A stretch of DNA of 64,000 nt from an uncultured delta proteobacterium (GCA_963841435.1 CAWJCS010000005.1:928001-992000); one strand, 5' to 3'; positions 1-7,730 are shown, numbered from the stretch's first letter. Notes: generated from the letters alone by a model not told the origin. Made by a program: numbers and translations.

Positions 1-269
1 CCGCCCGCCCCTCCGCCCGCGGGCGCGACACCGGCCGCTCCGCCCACCGCAACGCCCGCCGCTCCGGCGAGCGAGCCCTCTTCGGCGCCTGCCGAGCCCC
101 CACCCCGTCCGCTGCTCGCGCCACCCCCCGTCCCGGCTCCGCTCACGTCTGTGCCGGCTGTGCCAGAGGCCATGTCAGCCCGATCAGCCACCGACTGCCC
201 GCCGCAAGCTGTGCTCGCCAGCAATAACAGCCAGGTATGCGCGTCGAGGGCACGCCGCGTCGCCGCCAT
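1..269 (-). CDS. Gly-rich lipoprotein, 5' part only (runs off the window edge)
   Basis: Manual translation from ATG at 269: MAATRRALDAHTWLLLLASTACGGQSV... then a Gly/Ala/Ser-rich linker; lipobox-like STAC. Not in the ORF track because it has no stop in the window. Confidence 0.75.
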   Translation of the reverse strand, partial: MAATRRALDAHTWLLLLASTACGGQSVADRADMASGTAGTDVSGAGTGGGASSGRGGGSAGAEEGSLAGAAGVAVGGAAGVAPAGGGAG

Positions 270-280
270 GGTCCGGGAGG

Positions 281-296
281 AGCAACTCTCGTGCCG
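281..296 (-). promoter_or_regulatory. sigma54-type -24/-12 promoter
   Basis: Minus strand CGGCACGAGAGTTGCT fits GGCACG-N4-TTGCW, about 12 nt upstream of the ATG at 269. Confidence 0.65.
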
Positions 297-376
297 GCCC
301 GAACCCGCCGCCCGATGCCATCGTGCAGCGGCCCCTACGAAGCGGCTGCCCAGCCGCCTGAAGATTCGCGGCCTGC

Positions 377-949
377 GTGCTGCTCGACTACATCATGGAG
401 GTCGACCATCAGGCGCAGCGCATCGAGCGGCTGGAGGGAGCCATCGACCGCGCCATCGCGGAAGCGCCTGCCGAGCTCCGCGCGATCGTCGACGCCCTCC
501 AGGCGTTGCGCGGCGTGGCCAAGGTCACCGCCGTCACGCTCGCCACCGAGCTCGGGTGCTTCAGCCGCTTCGAGCGGGCAGCCCAGGTCATGAGCTACAC
601 GGGCGTGGTCCCGTCGGAGCACTCGAGTGGACCGCGGACGCGCCGCAGCGGCATCACGAAGACCGGCAACTCACACCTGCGCCGAGTGCTGGTCGAGGCG
701 GCTTGGCATTACCGCCACCGACCGAGGATCTGCCAGCGGCAGCACGAGCTGCAAAAGGCGCTCGATCCGAAAGTCGCAGCCAGTGCCTGGCGGGCGCAGG
801 AGCGCCTGCATCGCCGCTACTGGGCGCTCGCACAGAAGAGCAAGCCGACCGGCAAGATCGTCACCGCCATCGCTCGCGAGCTCGTCGGCTTCGTCTGGGC
901 GATCGGCGTCGAGACCGAGCAACGCACGAAGCGCTCGAAGGCAGCATGA
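377..949 (+). pseudogene. IS110-family transposase, C-terminal half only (N-terminal DEDD/RuvC-like domain missing)
   Basis: LRGVAKVTAVTLATELG, YTGVVPSEHSSG (catalytic Ser motif), GITKTGNSHLRRVLVEAAW, TAIAREL; only 190 aa. Confidence 0.9.
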
Positions 950-1022
950 AACGCAAGGTGAAGTGAACGAGCCAGGGGTCGAGCCGGCAACGGTAGGAGG
1001 ATCCTCGAATACGTTGTGTGGC
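377..1022 (+). mobile_element. Truncated IS110 element: transposase fragment plus ~70 bp of downstream non-coding sequence
   Basis: The transposase fragment is followed by non-coding sequence that runs directly into an attC half-site at ~1018-1022. Ends are approximate. Confidence 0.7.
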
Positions 1023-1059
1023 AAGCGAGGGCCACGTCAGCTGCAACGCGGAGTTAGGC
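1018..1059 (-). other. Integron attC recombination site, half (R''-L'' arm only)
   Basis: Minus strand GCCTAAC-TCCGC-GTTGCAGC-TGACG. The stop codon of the upstream gene lies inside GCCTAAC. 15 bp (CGTCAGCTGCAACGC) are identical to the site at 1909-1923. The other arm is absent. Confidence 0.75.
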
Positions 1060-1527
1060 GGCCGTTCGCGGCTTGACAACGAGATCAACGACGCAGTCGA
1101 GAACCTGCAGAAGGCTGACAAGCTGGCTCAGGCTCTTGCGCGTGTTGGTAGGGTCCAGCAACCGATAAAGCTGCGGCACCGAAGTCTGAAGGCGTCGAGC
1201 AAGCTCGCGACGACTCAGCCCGGAGCTCGCCACTCGCTTGGCAGCTTCAACCGTTAGCTTGTGAGCAAGCAGTTCGGCCAGGTACTTCGGCTCCTGGTTG
1301 TACTCGAGCGCGTGGTCGATATGAACGGAACCTTCGGCGCCGGAAGCAAGTGCATACGTGACAGCTTCGTTTCCGAGTTCCTCGTCCACGTACACCTTGA
1401 CGATCCTGTCCTTGGAGGACGGGCGAGGCCTGAGCTTCGCAAACGGGAATGGGTAGGACTTGCCTGAACGCGTAACGAGCTCAAGCTGAGCCTTTCGCTG
1501 ATTCACAAAAGCGCGGTGGATCTTCAT
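1054..1527 (-). CDS. Putative antitoxin with C-terminal XRE-type HTH (cassette 2, gene 2)
   Basis: MKIHRAFVNQRK... with C-terminal GLSRRELARRLQTSVPQLYRLLD HTH; ATGA overlap with the upstream small gene. Confidence 0.75.
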   Translation of the reverse strand: MKIHRAFVNQRKAQLELVTRSGKSYPFPFAKLRPRPSSKDRIVKVYVDEELGNEAVTYALASGAEGSVHIDHALEYNQEPKYLAELLAHKLTVEAAKRVASSGLSRRELARRLQTSVPQLYRLLDPTNTRKSLSQLVSLLQVLDCVVDLVVKPRTAA

Positions 1528-1718
1528 AGCAGGCCATCCTTCCTGAGAGAGGCGATGAGCCGGATCAACTTGCCCGTCGGCTGTCCCTTCATCGGGACAG
1601 AGGCGTCGAGGTTCCACTTGAGGACGAGCTTGCCATCTCGGTACACGTGCACGTGGCGGGGGCTGTGGTCGCCGATCCAGGTGAGGAAGACGTAGTTGTC
1701 TCGCCGGATCTTGCCCAC
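1524..1718 (-). CDS. DUF4160-like small putative toxin (cassette 2, gene 1)
   Basis: 64 aa basic protein with DHSPRHVHV motif; translationally coupled to the HTH gene. Confidence 0.7.
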   Translation of the reverse strand: MGKIRRDNYVFLTWIGDHSPRHVHVYRDGKLVLKWNLDASVPMKGQPTGKLIRLIASLRKDGLL

Positions 1719-1724
1719 CCGCAG

Positions 1725-1752
1725 ATGTTACCACACGCGGTAACACTTGCAA
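1725..1752 (-). promoter_or_regulatory. sigma70-type promoter with overlapping palindromic operator
   Basis: TTGCAA-16 nt-TAACAT, 6 nt before GTG 1718; perfect inverted repeat TGTTACC-N6-GGTAACA at 1726-1745. Confidence 0.7.
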
Positions 1753-1834
1753 GGCCGGCCGCCTTCCAGGCTCCTCGGAACGCCGTGCGGATGCACTGCG
1801 CGCCCCGGGCCAGTGGCTCACCCCTGTCCGCCTA

Positions 1835-1933
1835 CTGTAACGTAGTGGCGTTCAGCTGCGGGCGCCAGAGGGAGCGGGTGAGCGAAGCGAACCAGCGACC
1901 GACCAGCCCGTCAGCTGCAACGCCTTGTTGGCC
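1835..1933 (-). other. Integron attC site (99 bp)
   Basis: Minus strand GGCCAAC-AAGGC-GTTGCAGCTGACGGGC ... GCCCGCAGCTGAACGC-CACTAC-GTT. The arms pair with two unpaired bases on one arm. It starts 5 nt after the stop codon at 1939. Confidence 0.85.
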
Positions 1934-1938
1934 AGCCG

Positions 1939-2169
1939 TCACGCAGTGCGCTTGAGGTCGCGAACCGCGATGAGATCAGCATCGCCGACTGCACGAACAT
2001 CGGTCGAAAGAAGAGTCACGAGCGCCTGGGTCCTTCCGGAAGCAAGCACGAACTCAACGTCGAGGCCGTCGGGCGCGTGAACGTCAACGATCGCGCCCAG
2101 GTCGCCGCGGCGAAGGCCGTGCTCGGGCAAGTCACGATCGAGAACGACAGTGTCGAGGAGCTTGAACAT
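1939..2169 (-). CDS. DUF4926-like protein (cassette 1, gene 2)
   Basis: MFKLLDTVVLDRDLPEHGLRRGDLGAIVDVH...VEFV...GRT; 76 aa. Confidence 0.8.
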   Translation of the reverse strand: MFKLLDTVVLDRDLPEHGLRRGDLGAIVDVHAPDGLDVEFVLASGRTQALVTLLSTDVRAVGDADLIAVRDLKRTA

Positions 2170-2171
2170 GG

Positions 2172-2504
2172 CTAGCCGGGGAAGGCGGTGACGAAGTGCG
2201 CGAAATCCTGGCGGTTGGAGACCATCCACACCGTCAGGATGGAGGCCTCACGTCCAGCAGGCCCACGCAAAGTACCACGGATCTCGAACTTCTGCCCGTG
2301 CGGGCTCGGCTGTCCGGGCAGAGCATCGCCGGAACGCGCGAGTTCGAGCAGGGCGTCGCGCAACGCTGTCCAGTGGTCCAGGGAGAAGCCAAGCCCGAGG
2401 AAGAAGACCGACTTGAACCGGCCTACCGGATGCGAGGACGACAACAGGTAGTCGCGGACCTTAGCGTCGTCGACGATCGCGCGAGAACTGTTCGGGAGAT
2501 GCAC
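2172..2504 (-). CDS. DUF6883-like protein (cassette 1, gene 1)
   Basis: LPNSSRAIVDDAKVRDYLLSSSHPVGRFKSVFF..LGF...GQKFEIRG...TVW...FVTAFP; GTG start at 2504 chosen by eye. Confidence 0.75.
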   Translation of the reverse strand: MHLPNSSRAIVDDAKVRDYLLSSSHPVGRFKSVFFLGLGFSLDHWTALRDALLELARSGDALPGQPSPHGQKFEIRGTLRGPAGREASILTVWMVSNRQDFAHFVTAFPG

Positions 2505-2563
2505 AGGTTCTGCTACTGCCGAGGGTACTGGAAAGCCGAAGCCAAACGCACCATGCCAGGTCC

Positions 2564-2660
2564 GCCCAACTTGTACTTCGCTTGGTCTGCCTAAGCCAGC
2601 CGCGGCAAGTCTTGATAAGCCGCTACCGCGACAGGAACCAGGTGAATTCGCGTTATCAAG
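2564..2660 (-). other. Candidate attI / first-cassette junction
   Basis: GTTGGGC (GTTRRRY) at 2570-2564, nearly complementary to the GGCCAAC that closes cassette 1; upstream TTAGGC and an 8-bp inverted repeat CTTGATAA/TTATCAAG. Confidence 0.4.
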
Positions 2661-2693
2661 CGGCGCTAGCTGGACCTTGCAAGAAGCCACGCC

Positions 2694-3098
2694 TCAGCAC
2701 CCGCGGGACCTCCGCCGGATCTCCTCTGCCAGCCAGGCAACCACGCCGCCAACATCCCCCATGACCTCCCGCGCCTCCACCCGCAGCACCCGATACCCCA
2801 ACCGCCCAAGCTCCCTGTCCTTCCGCGCATCCGCCCCGCGCCGCCCGACGTGCGACGCCCCATCAACCTCCACGACGAGCCGCACCGACGGTGCCGCGAA
2901 ATCCACGATGCGCCCGCCGATGACGTACTGCCGCCGGAAGGCAACCCCGAGCTTGCTGCTCACCAGCCGCGACCAGAGCAGCCGCTCGGATGCCGTGCCA
3001 GACGCGCGCATCCCGGCAGCACGCGCCTGAAGCAGCTCGCGCCTCCGCTGAAGCAAGCGTTCGTGGGAGGCGGAAGTTGGGTGAAGGCGATGCGGCAT
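2694..3098 (-). CDS. DUF559 / Vsr-like endonuclease
   Basis: TASERLLWSRL...FRRQYVIGGRIVDFAAPSVRLVVEVDGASH...DARKDREL...GYRVLR. Confidence 0.9.
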   Translation of the reverse strand: MPHRLHPTSASHERLLQRRRELLQARAAGMRASGTASERLLWSRLVSSKLGVAFRRQYVIGGRIVDFAAPSVRLVVEVDGASHVGRRGADARKDRELGRLGYRVLRVEAREVMGDVGGVVAWLAEEIRRRSRGC

Positions 3099-3107
3099 GG
3101 TGGTCTC

Positions 3108-3249
3108 CTCGCGCCCGGGGTGGGGCCGGGCGCAGCCCCCCTGGCGCAAGCGCCGTGACGCGCGCAAGGCGTCGCGTTTGCCGCACAGCACGGAGCGCGG
3201 CGCGGCGGTTGCGCCTCCCCGCGAAGCCCGGCCCCAGCCCGGGCGCGAG
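3108..3249. repeat. 24-bp inverted repeat (1 mismatch) bracketing a 142-bp element
   Basis: CTCGCGCCCGGGGTGGGGCCGGGC (3108-3131) versus GCCCGGCCCCAGCCCGGGCGCGAG (3226-3249). Confidence 0.8.
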
Positions 3250-3348
3250 CGTCACCACGCCGCCCATCGCCCGCACACGACGTGCGACCCTGCCAACGTC
3301 CCGCGACGCCCGTCACCGACACCCTGCGCCACCCCGTGCACCAGCGTG

Positions 3349-3405
3349 CGTCTCCTCCGCGGCCGCCCGCAGCCCGAAGGGCGAGGACGGACGCTTGGAG
3401 GAGAC
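3349..3405. repeat. Dispersed palindromic repeat, copy 1
   Basis: GTCTCCTCC...GCCCGAAGGGC...GGAGGAGAC hairpin; similar copy at 7882-7934. Confidence 0.7.
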
Positions 3406-3491
3406 CGCAGGCGCGCAGGCGGCCACGCCGCCCGTCACCGTTCAGTCACCGCACGCAGAAGCCGCCGAGCACCTGCGAGTGGAGGCAGCAG

Positions 3492-3562
3492 TTCCGGCGC
3501 ATGGATTCGAACCACGATTCAGGGATTCAAAGTCCCTTGTCCTGCCCTTAGACGACGCCGGA
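3492..3562 (-). tRNA. tRNA-Gln(TTG), CCA not encoded
   Basis: Acceptor stem TCCGGCG/CGCCGGA, anticodon arm AGGGA-CTTTGAA-TCCCT, T arm CGTGG-TTCGAAT-CCATG. Confidence 0.95.
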
Positions 3563-3675
3563 ATGAGGGGGGTCGCGGGAACTTGTCGGGAGATGGGGCG
3601 GGCGTCAACCGCCAGGCGTTGGGCGGTGGCACGCCAGGCGGTGCAGGCCTGCTCGAAGCGCGGTATCCTTGCCCG

Positions 3676-3897
3676 ATGCGCGCGCTCGTGAAGAACGGTC
3701 GCCTTACCCTCGACGAGCCCACCGATTTGCCCGACGGCACCCTCGTCCCACTCGAAGTAGCCGGTGACTGGGACGACCTGGACGATCAAGAACGCGCCGC
3801 TCTGCACGACGCGTTGCGCGAAGGCTTCGAGGAAGCGAAAGCAGGGCACACCATCGACGCCGAGCAGTGGGCCGCCGAGCTGCGCTCGCGCCTGTGA
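3676..3897 (+). CDS. Small acidic antitoxin-like protein (no adjacent toxin)
   Basis: MRALVKNGRLTLDEPTDLPDGT...ALREGFEEAKAGHTIDAE; TATCCT -10-like box 6 nt before the ATG. Confidence 0.6.
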   Translation: MRALVKNGRLTLDEPTDLPDGTLVPLEVAGDWDDLDDQERAALHDALREGFEEAKAGHTIDAEQWAAELRSRL

Positions 3898-4025
3898 ACA
3901 CGGACCCAAGCTGTAGCGCTCGGCACGCAAGCAGGCGGCCCACGCCGCCCGGTATCGTTCACTCACGGCGCTAGGACCAAACGGTCGAACGCACGAGCGA
4001 GCGCCGGCTCAGCCCCTGACGGGTT

Positions 4026-5408
4026 TCAGGGCAGCGCCTGCTTCTGGAACATGTCCCAGGCCGTATCGACGATCTTGGAGAGTCCGTAGCTGCCGCAGTG
4101 GTTGGAGCTCGCTGCGGTGCACAGGGAAACCTGCGTGCCGCCATCGCAGGACGTGTAGTCCTGGCAGATGGAGTTGCCGGGGTCCTTTGTCGGCGACCCC
4201 GTGCATTTGTCGAAGTTGGCCCAGGTCTGGAAGTTGACCTCTGCGCTCGGGAAGTTTAACGCCGCGCAGCTACCTCCCGGCGGGCAGTTCGCGGCGACGA
4301 GCGTCTTGCCGCCGTTGTAGGGCACGATGGACATGTCCTGGCCCTCGTCGAATGCCATCACCGAGATCGGTCGCGGCAACTGGCAGGTGCAGGCGGTGTT
4401 GTTCGTGGGGGTCAGCGACGCGGCATTCGCCGGTTCCTCACCGGTGATGCAGCGGAAGTCTACGGGCGCCACCGCCGCGATCACGTCCGCGGCATTGCAC
4501 GCGAGTATGTAGGCCATGCCGCCGCCGTTGGAGCAGCCGCTCGCGTAGACGCGTTTGGGGTCGATGCACGTGTTGCCTGCGAGCCACTGGATCATGTCCC
4601 GCGTGAACTTCACGTCATCCACCATCTGCTGCTGGGAGTTGCTGCAGCAGTAGCCGACGTTCCAGGAATTGTCGCTCGGCCCCGAGTCGGGAAACACCGC
4701 GATGCAGCCGACGCTGTCGCACTTCTTGTCCCAGCCCGACGCCTGCTTCTGGCTCTGGCCCGTCCCGCCGAGCGGGTGAAAATCGAAAATCACGGGCAGC
4801 GGGGAGTCCCCGGCGTAGCCAGTCGGAAGGTGGACTATGAATTTGCGGGGCATGCCGTCTGAGGTGATGGTCTGGTTCGAGTCGCCTGCCTTCAACGTGC
4901 CGGGACAGGTCGCGCCGCTCTCGCCTGAAGAGCCGCCCGTGCCAGCAGATCCGCTGCCACCGCCCTGGCCGGCCCCGGCGCCGGCCGTGCCACCGGCGCC
5001 CGCGAGACCGGCACCGCCAGCCGTCATGCCGGCCGTTCCACCGCCCATGGTGGTGCCGCCGAGTCCGCCGCTTACGACCGTGCCACCTTGACCGCCGCCG
5101 CCCGGACCCTGCCCCGCTGTCGCTCCCTGTCCACCGACCGCCGCACTCGAGCCGCCCACGTCGCCGCTGCCAGCTGCTGCGGTACCGCCGCTGGCCGCGC
5201 CACCACCGACGCCGGCGTTTCCCGGCAACGTGCCCGAGCTTCCCGCGGCGAAGGTTCCCGCCGACGGCTGCCCCGTGCCGCCGGTCGTTCCACCGGATCC
5301 GGAGCGCGAGCCGCCCGCACCACCGCCCGGGGTCGGGCTCGTTCCGCAGGCCCCCGCGGCGGCGACTGCCAAAAAGACGTTGATCGAACGAACGCTGCGA
5401 AGGGTCAT
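4026..5408 (-). CDS. Lipoprotein esterase (LpqC / PHB depolymerase / CE1-like) with Gly-rich linker
   Basis: Lipobox AGAC, long Gly linker, PVIFDFHPLGG, IDPKRVYASGCSNGGGMA nucleophile motif. Confidence 0.85.
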   Translation of the reverse strand: MTLRSVRSINVFLAVAAAGACGTSPTPGGGAGGSRSGSGGTTGGTGQPSAGTFAAGSSGTLPGNAGVGGGAASGGTAAAGSGDVGGSSAAVGGQGATAGQGPGGGGQGGTVVSGGLGGTTMGGGTAGMTAGGAGLAGAGGTAGAGAGQGGGSGSAGTGGSSGESGATCPGTLKAGDSNQTITSDGMPRKFIVHLPTGYAGDSPLPVIFDFHPLGGTGQSQKQASGWDKKCDSVGCIAVFPDSGPSDNSWNVGYCCSNSQQQMVDDVKFTRDMIQWLAGNTCIDPKRVYASGCSNGGGMAYILACNAADVIAAVAPVDFRCITGEEPANAASLTPTNNTACTCQLPRPISVMAFDEGQDMSIVPYNGGKTLVAANCPPGGSCAALNFPSAEVNFQTWANFDKCTGSPTKDPGNSICQDYTSCDGGTQVSLCTAASSNHCGSYGLSKIVDTAWDMFQKQALP

Positions 5409-5614
5409 CGAGAACTCCGTAGGGCGCACGGCGACGGTAGGAGCGAAGATGGCGAGCGCCCAGAGGACGAAATCGCCCTCCCCGGGGCGGGGACACGGCT
5501 GCGCCGCGGCCCGTGCGCGTTCGGTCGGCGACTCGAACGCAGGGGACATTCGTGTCCCCCCCCGTTGACCTTCCGGACGGGTATCCTTCCTGCTTCGCCT
5601 TGCCCGAACGCGAG

Positions 5615-6604
5615 ATGACGGTCGAGCTACTCATTCACGCCGTCGTGCGCCAGACGACTATCCTGATTGCGCAGCTGGCAACGGCGGGCGGATTGCGCGC
5701 GCCGCTCGCGCAGATTGCCAATCGGGTGTTCTTGGATCTCGTTCGGGAGCTGGAGCGGCAGGGCGTCAGCCGCAAGGTGAGTGCCGACATGTTCGGTCTG
5801 GGCCTTCGCACCTATCGTCGCAAGATCCAGCGCCTGAGCGAGAGCACGACCGAGCGAGGCCGGTCGCTCTGGGAGGTCGTGCTCGAGCACGTGCGCAAGC
5901 AGGGGCTCGTGGCTCGCGCCGACGTGCTTGCACGCTTTTCGCGCGACGACGAGGCGCAGGTGCGAGCGGTGCTGCACGATCTATGCGACAGCCAGCTCGT
6001 TTTCGCCGCGGGGACCGGCGCCCACTCCACGTATCGTGCGGCCACCGACGAGGAGATCGACACGCTGAGGCGCCGCCCGGGGCCGGACGGCTCCGACGAG
6101 CTCTTGCTTTCGTTGATGTACCGGGAGGGTCCGCTCACGGCGCCCGGAATCGCAGCGCTCGCGCAGCAAGATCCGTCCAGCATAGAAGCCACGCTGGCTC
6201 GCCTGCTCGAAAGCGGACGCATCGAGCGCTTCGAGATGAACGGGACGGCCCATTACCGGGCGGGGGCGCTGGTGATCCCGCTCGGCGCGGCCGCCGGCTG
6301 GGAAGCAGCAGTGTTCGACCACTTCAAGGCGCTGGTCACGACGATCGTCGGTCGCCTCGGCCGGGATCGCACGGCGCTCGCGGATCGGGTAGGCGGCAGC
6401 ACTTACACCATCGACGTGTGGGACGGCCACCCGCTCGCCGAGGAAGTCTACGGGACGCTCGGACGCCTACGCCAGTCACTGAGCGAGCTGCGCGAGCGCG
6501 TCGAGCGCGTGAGCGAGACCGTCGAGCGCCCGGCTTCGCACACGCGCGTCGTGATCTACGCCGGGCAGGCGTCGATCGAAGAGGAACATGAGCCGGACGA
6601 CTGA
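5615..6604 (+). CDS. Hypothetical protein with probable multiple HTH/winged-helix domains
   Basis: GVSRKVSADMFGLGLRTYRRK HTH-like segment plus wHTH-like segments (GPLTAPGIAAL...LARLLESGRIER); GG-N10-GC motif at 5580-5593. Confidence 0.6.
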   Translation: MTVELLIHAVVRQTTILIAQLATAGGLRAPLAQIANRVFLDLVRELERQGVSRKVSADMFGLGLRTYRRKIQRLSESTTERGRSLWEVVLEHVRKQGLVARADVLARFSRDDEAQVRAVLHDLCDSQLVFAAGTGAHSTYRAATDEEIDTLRRRPGPDGSDELLLSLMYREGPLTAPGIAALAQQDPSSIEATLARLLESGRIERFEMNGTAHYRAGALVIPLGAAAGWEAAVFDHFKALVTTIVGRLGRDRTALADRVGGSTYTIDVWDGHPLAEEVYGTLGRLRQSLSELRERVERVSETVERPASHTRVVIYAGQASIEEEHEPDD

Positions 6605-7730
6605 CCGCCGCTCGGCTGCCGGCGCTCGCCCCGCGGGACGAGCGAGGCCTCGACACCTGCGCCGCGGCGTTTCGCTCGTGTTCGCATGCCTTTCGCCGAT
6701 CGTGGTGTGGGCGGGTGGTTGCTCGACCGAGGAGCGGGTGCCGACCGGTGGCGAGACGCATTTTCTCGTGCGCTGCAGCGCGACGGCCGAATGCGGCAGC
6801 GCTCTGAGCTGCCTGTGCGGCGTGTGCACGCTCGCGTGCAACGCGTCGAGCGAATGCGTGGGCCTGTCGGTCGCAAAATGCTCGACCATCCCGCCGAGCA
6901 GCGCATGCGGCGACGCGGCCGCGCTGCTCGTGTGCGACGTCCGCTGTGCCACCGACGCCGATTGCGCCGCGCTCTCGACGGGCCATCGCTGCAGCAACGG
7001 GGTATGTCGCCGGGGAGACGCTCCGGATGCCGGCACCGGCGGAAGCGGGGGCAGCGCGGACAGCGGCACGGACGCGGCGACCGGCGGCGGTGCCGGCGCC
7101 TCCAGCTGTGCGTCGGGCGACCTGGGCGGCAACGAGGTGCTGGTCATCGGAGACAGCTTCCTGGGCGCCACGCACCAGGTCACGGCGTACCTCGAAGACC
7201 GGGCACGCAACAGCGGAGCGCTGAGCATGGGCGAGCGCTACCGCGACAACTCGGGCGTCACGGCGAACGCTCTTTCGCTCGGCGGGCACGGCATCGCGGC
7301 TCAGTACGCTTCGGCCGCCGCCGAGTCACCCGTCAAGGTCGTGATCATGGACGGCGGCGGCACCGACCTCCTGGTCGGAGCCTGCGACACGCCGAGCGCG
7401 GACTGTCAGGTGCTGCACGATGCGAGCGCCGCCGCCGCCGACCTCTTCGGCCAGATGGGGCGGGACGGAGTGCAGAACGTCGTCTACGTGTTCTATCCCG
7501 ACTATGAGGACGCGGCGATCCACGACAAGATGGATTCGCTGCGACCGCTGATTCAGGCCGCTTGCGCCGCGAGCCCGGTGCCTTGCCTATTCGTGGATCT
7601 CCGCCCCACCTTCGCGGGTCACCTGGCAGAATACACCGACGCGAGCAACATCCTTCCGAGCGCGCTCGGCGCCGAGGCCGCCGCGGACGCGATCTGGTCC
7701 ACGATGCAGGACGCGTGCGTCGCGCAGTGA
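6588..7730 (+). CDS. Cys-rich lipoprotein with SGNH/GDSL hydrolase domain
   Basis: AGGC lipobox, Cys-rich N-domain, VLVIGDSF block I, MDGGGTD block; the block V His position reads ILPS. Confidence 0.75.
   Translation: MSRTTDRRSAAGARPAGRARPRHLRRGVSLVFACLSPIVVWAGGCSTEERVPTGGETHFLVRCSATAECGSALSCLCGVCTLACNASSECVGLSVAKCSTIPPSSACGDAAALLVCDVRCATDADCAALSTGHRCSNGVCRRGDAPDAGTGGSGGSADSGTDAATGGGAGASSCASGDLGGNEVLVIGDSFLGATHQVTAYLEDRARNSGALSMGERYRDNSGVTANALSLGGHGIAAQYASAAAESPVKVVIMDGGGTDLLVGACDTPSADCQVLHDASAAAADLFGQMGRDGVQNVVYVFYPDYEDAAIHDKMDSLRPLIQAACAASPVPCLFVDLRPTFAGHLAEYTDASNILPSALGAEAAADAIWSTMQDACVAQ

Noticed and set aside
3492-3520. Duplicated tRNA 3' end marking an integrated island
   Set aside because: No second copy of the tRNA 3' end was noticed in the window.
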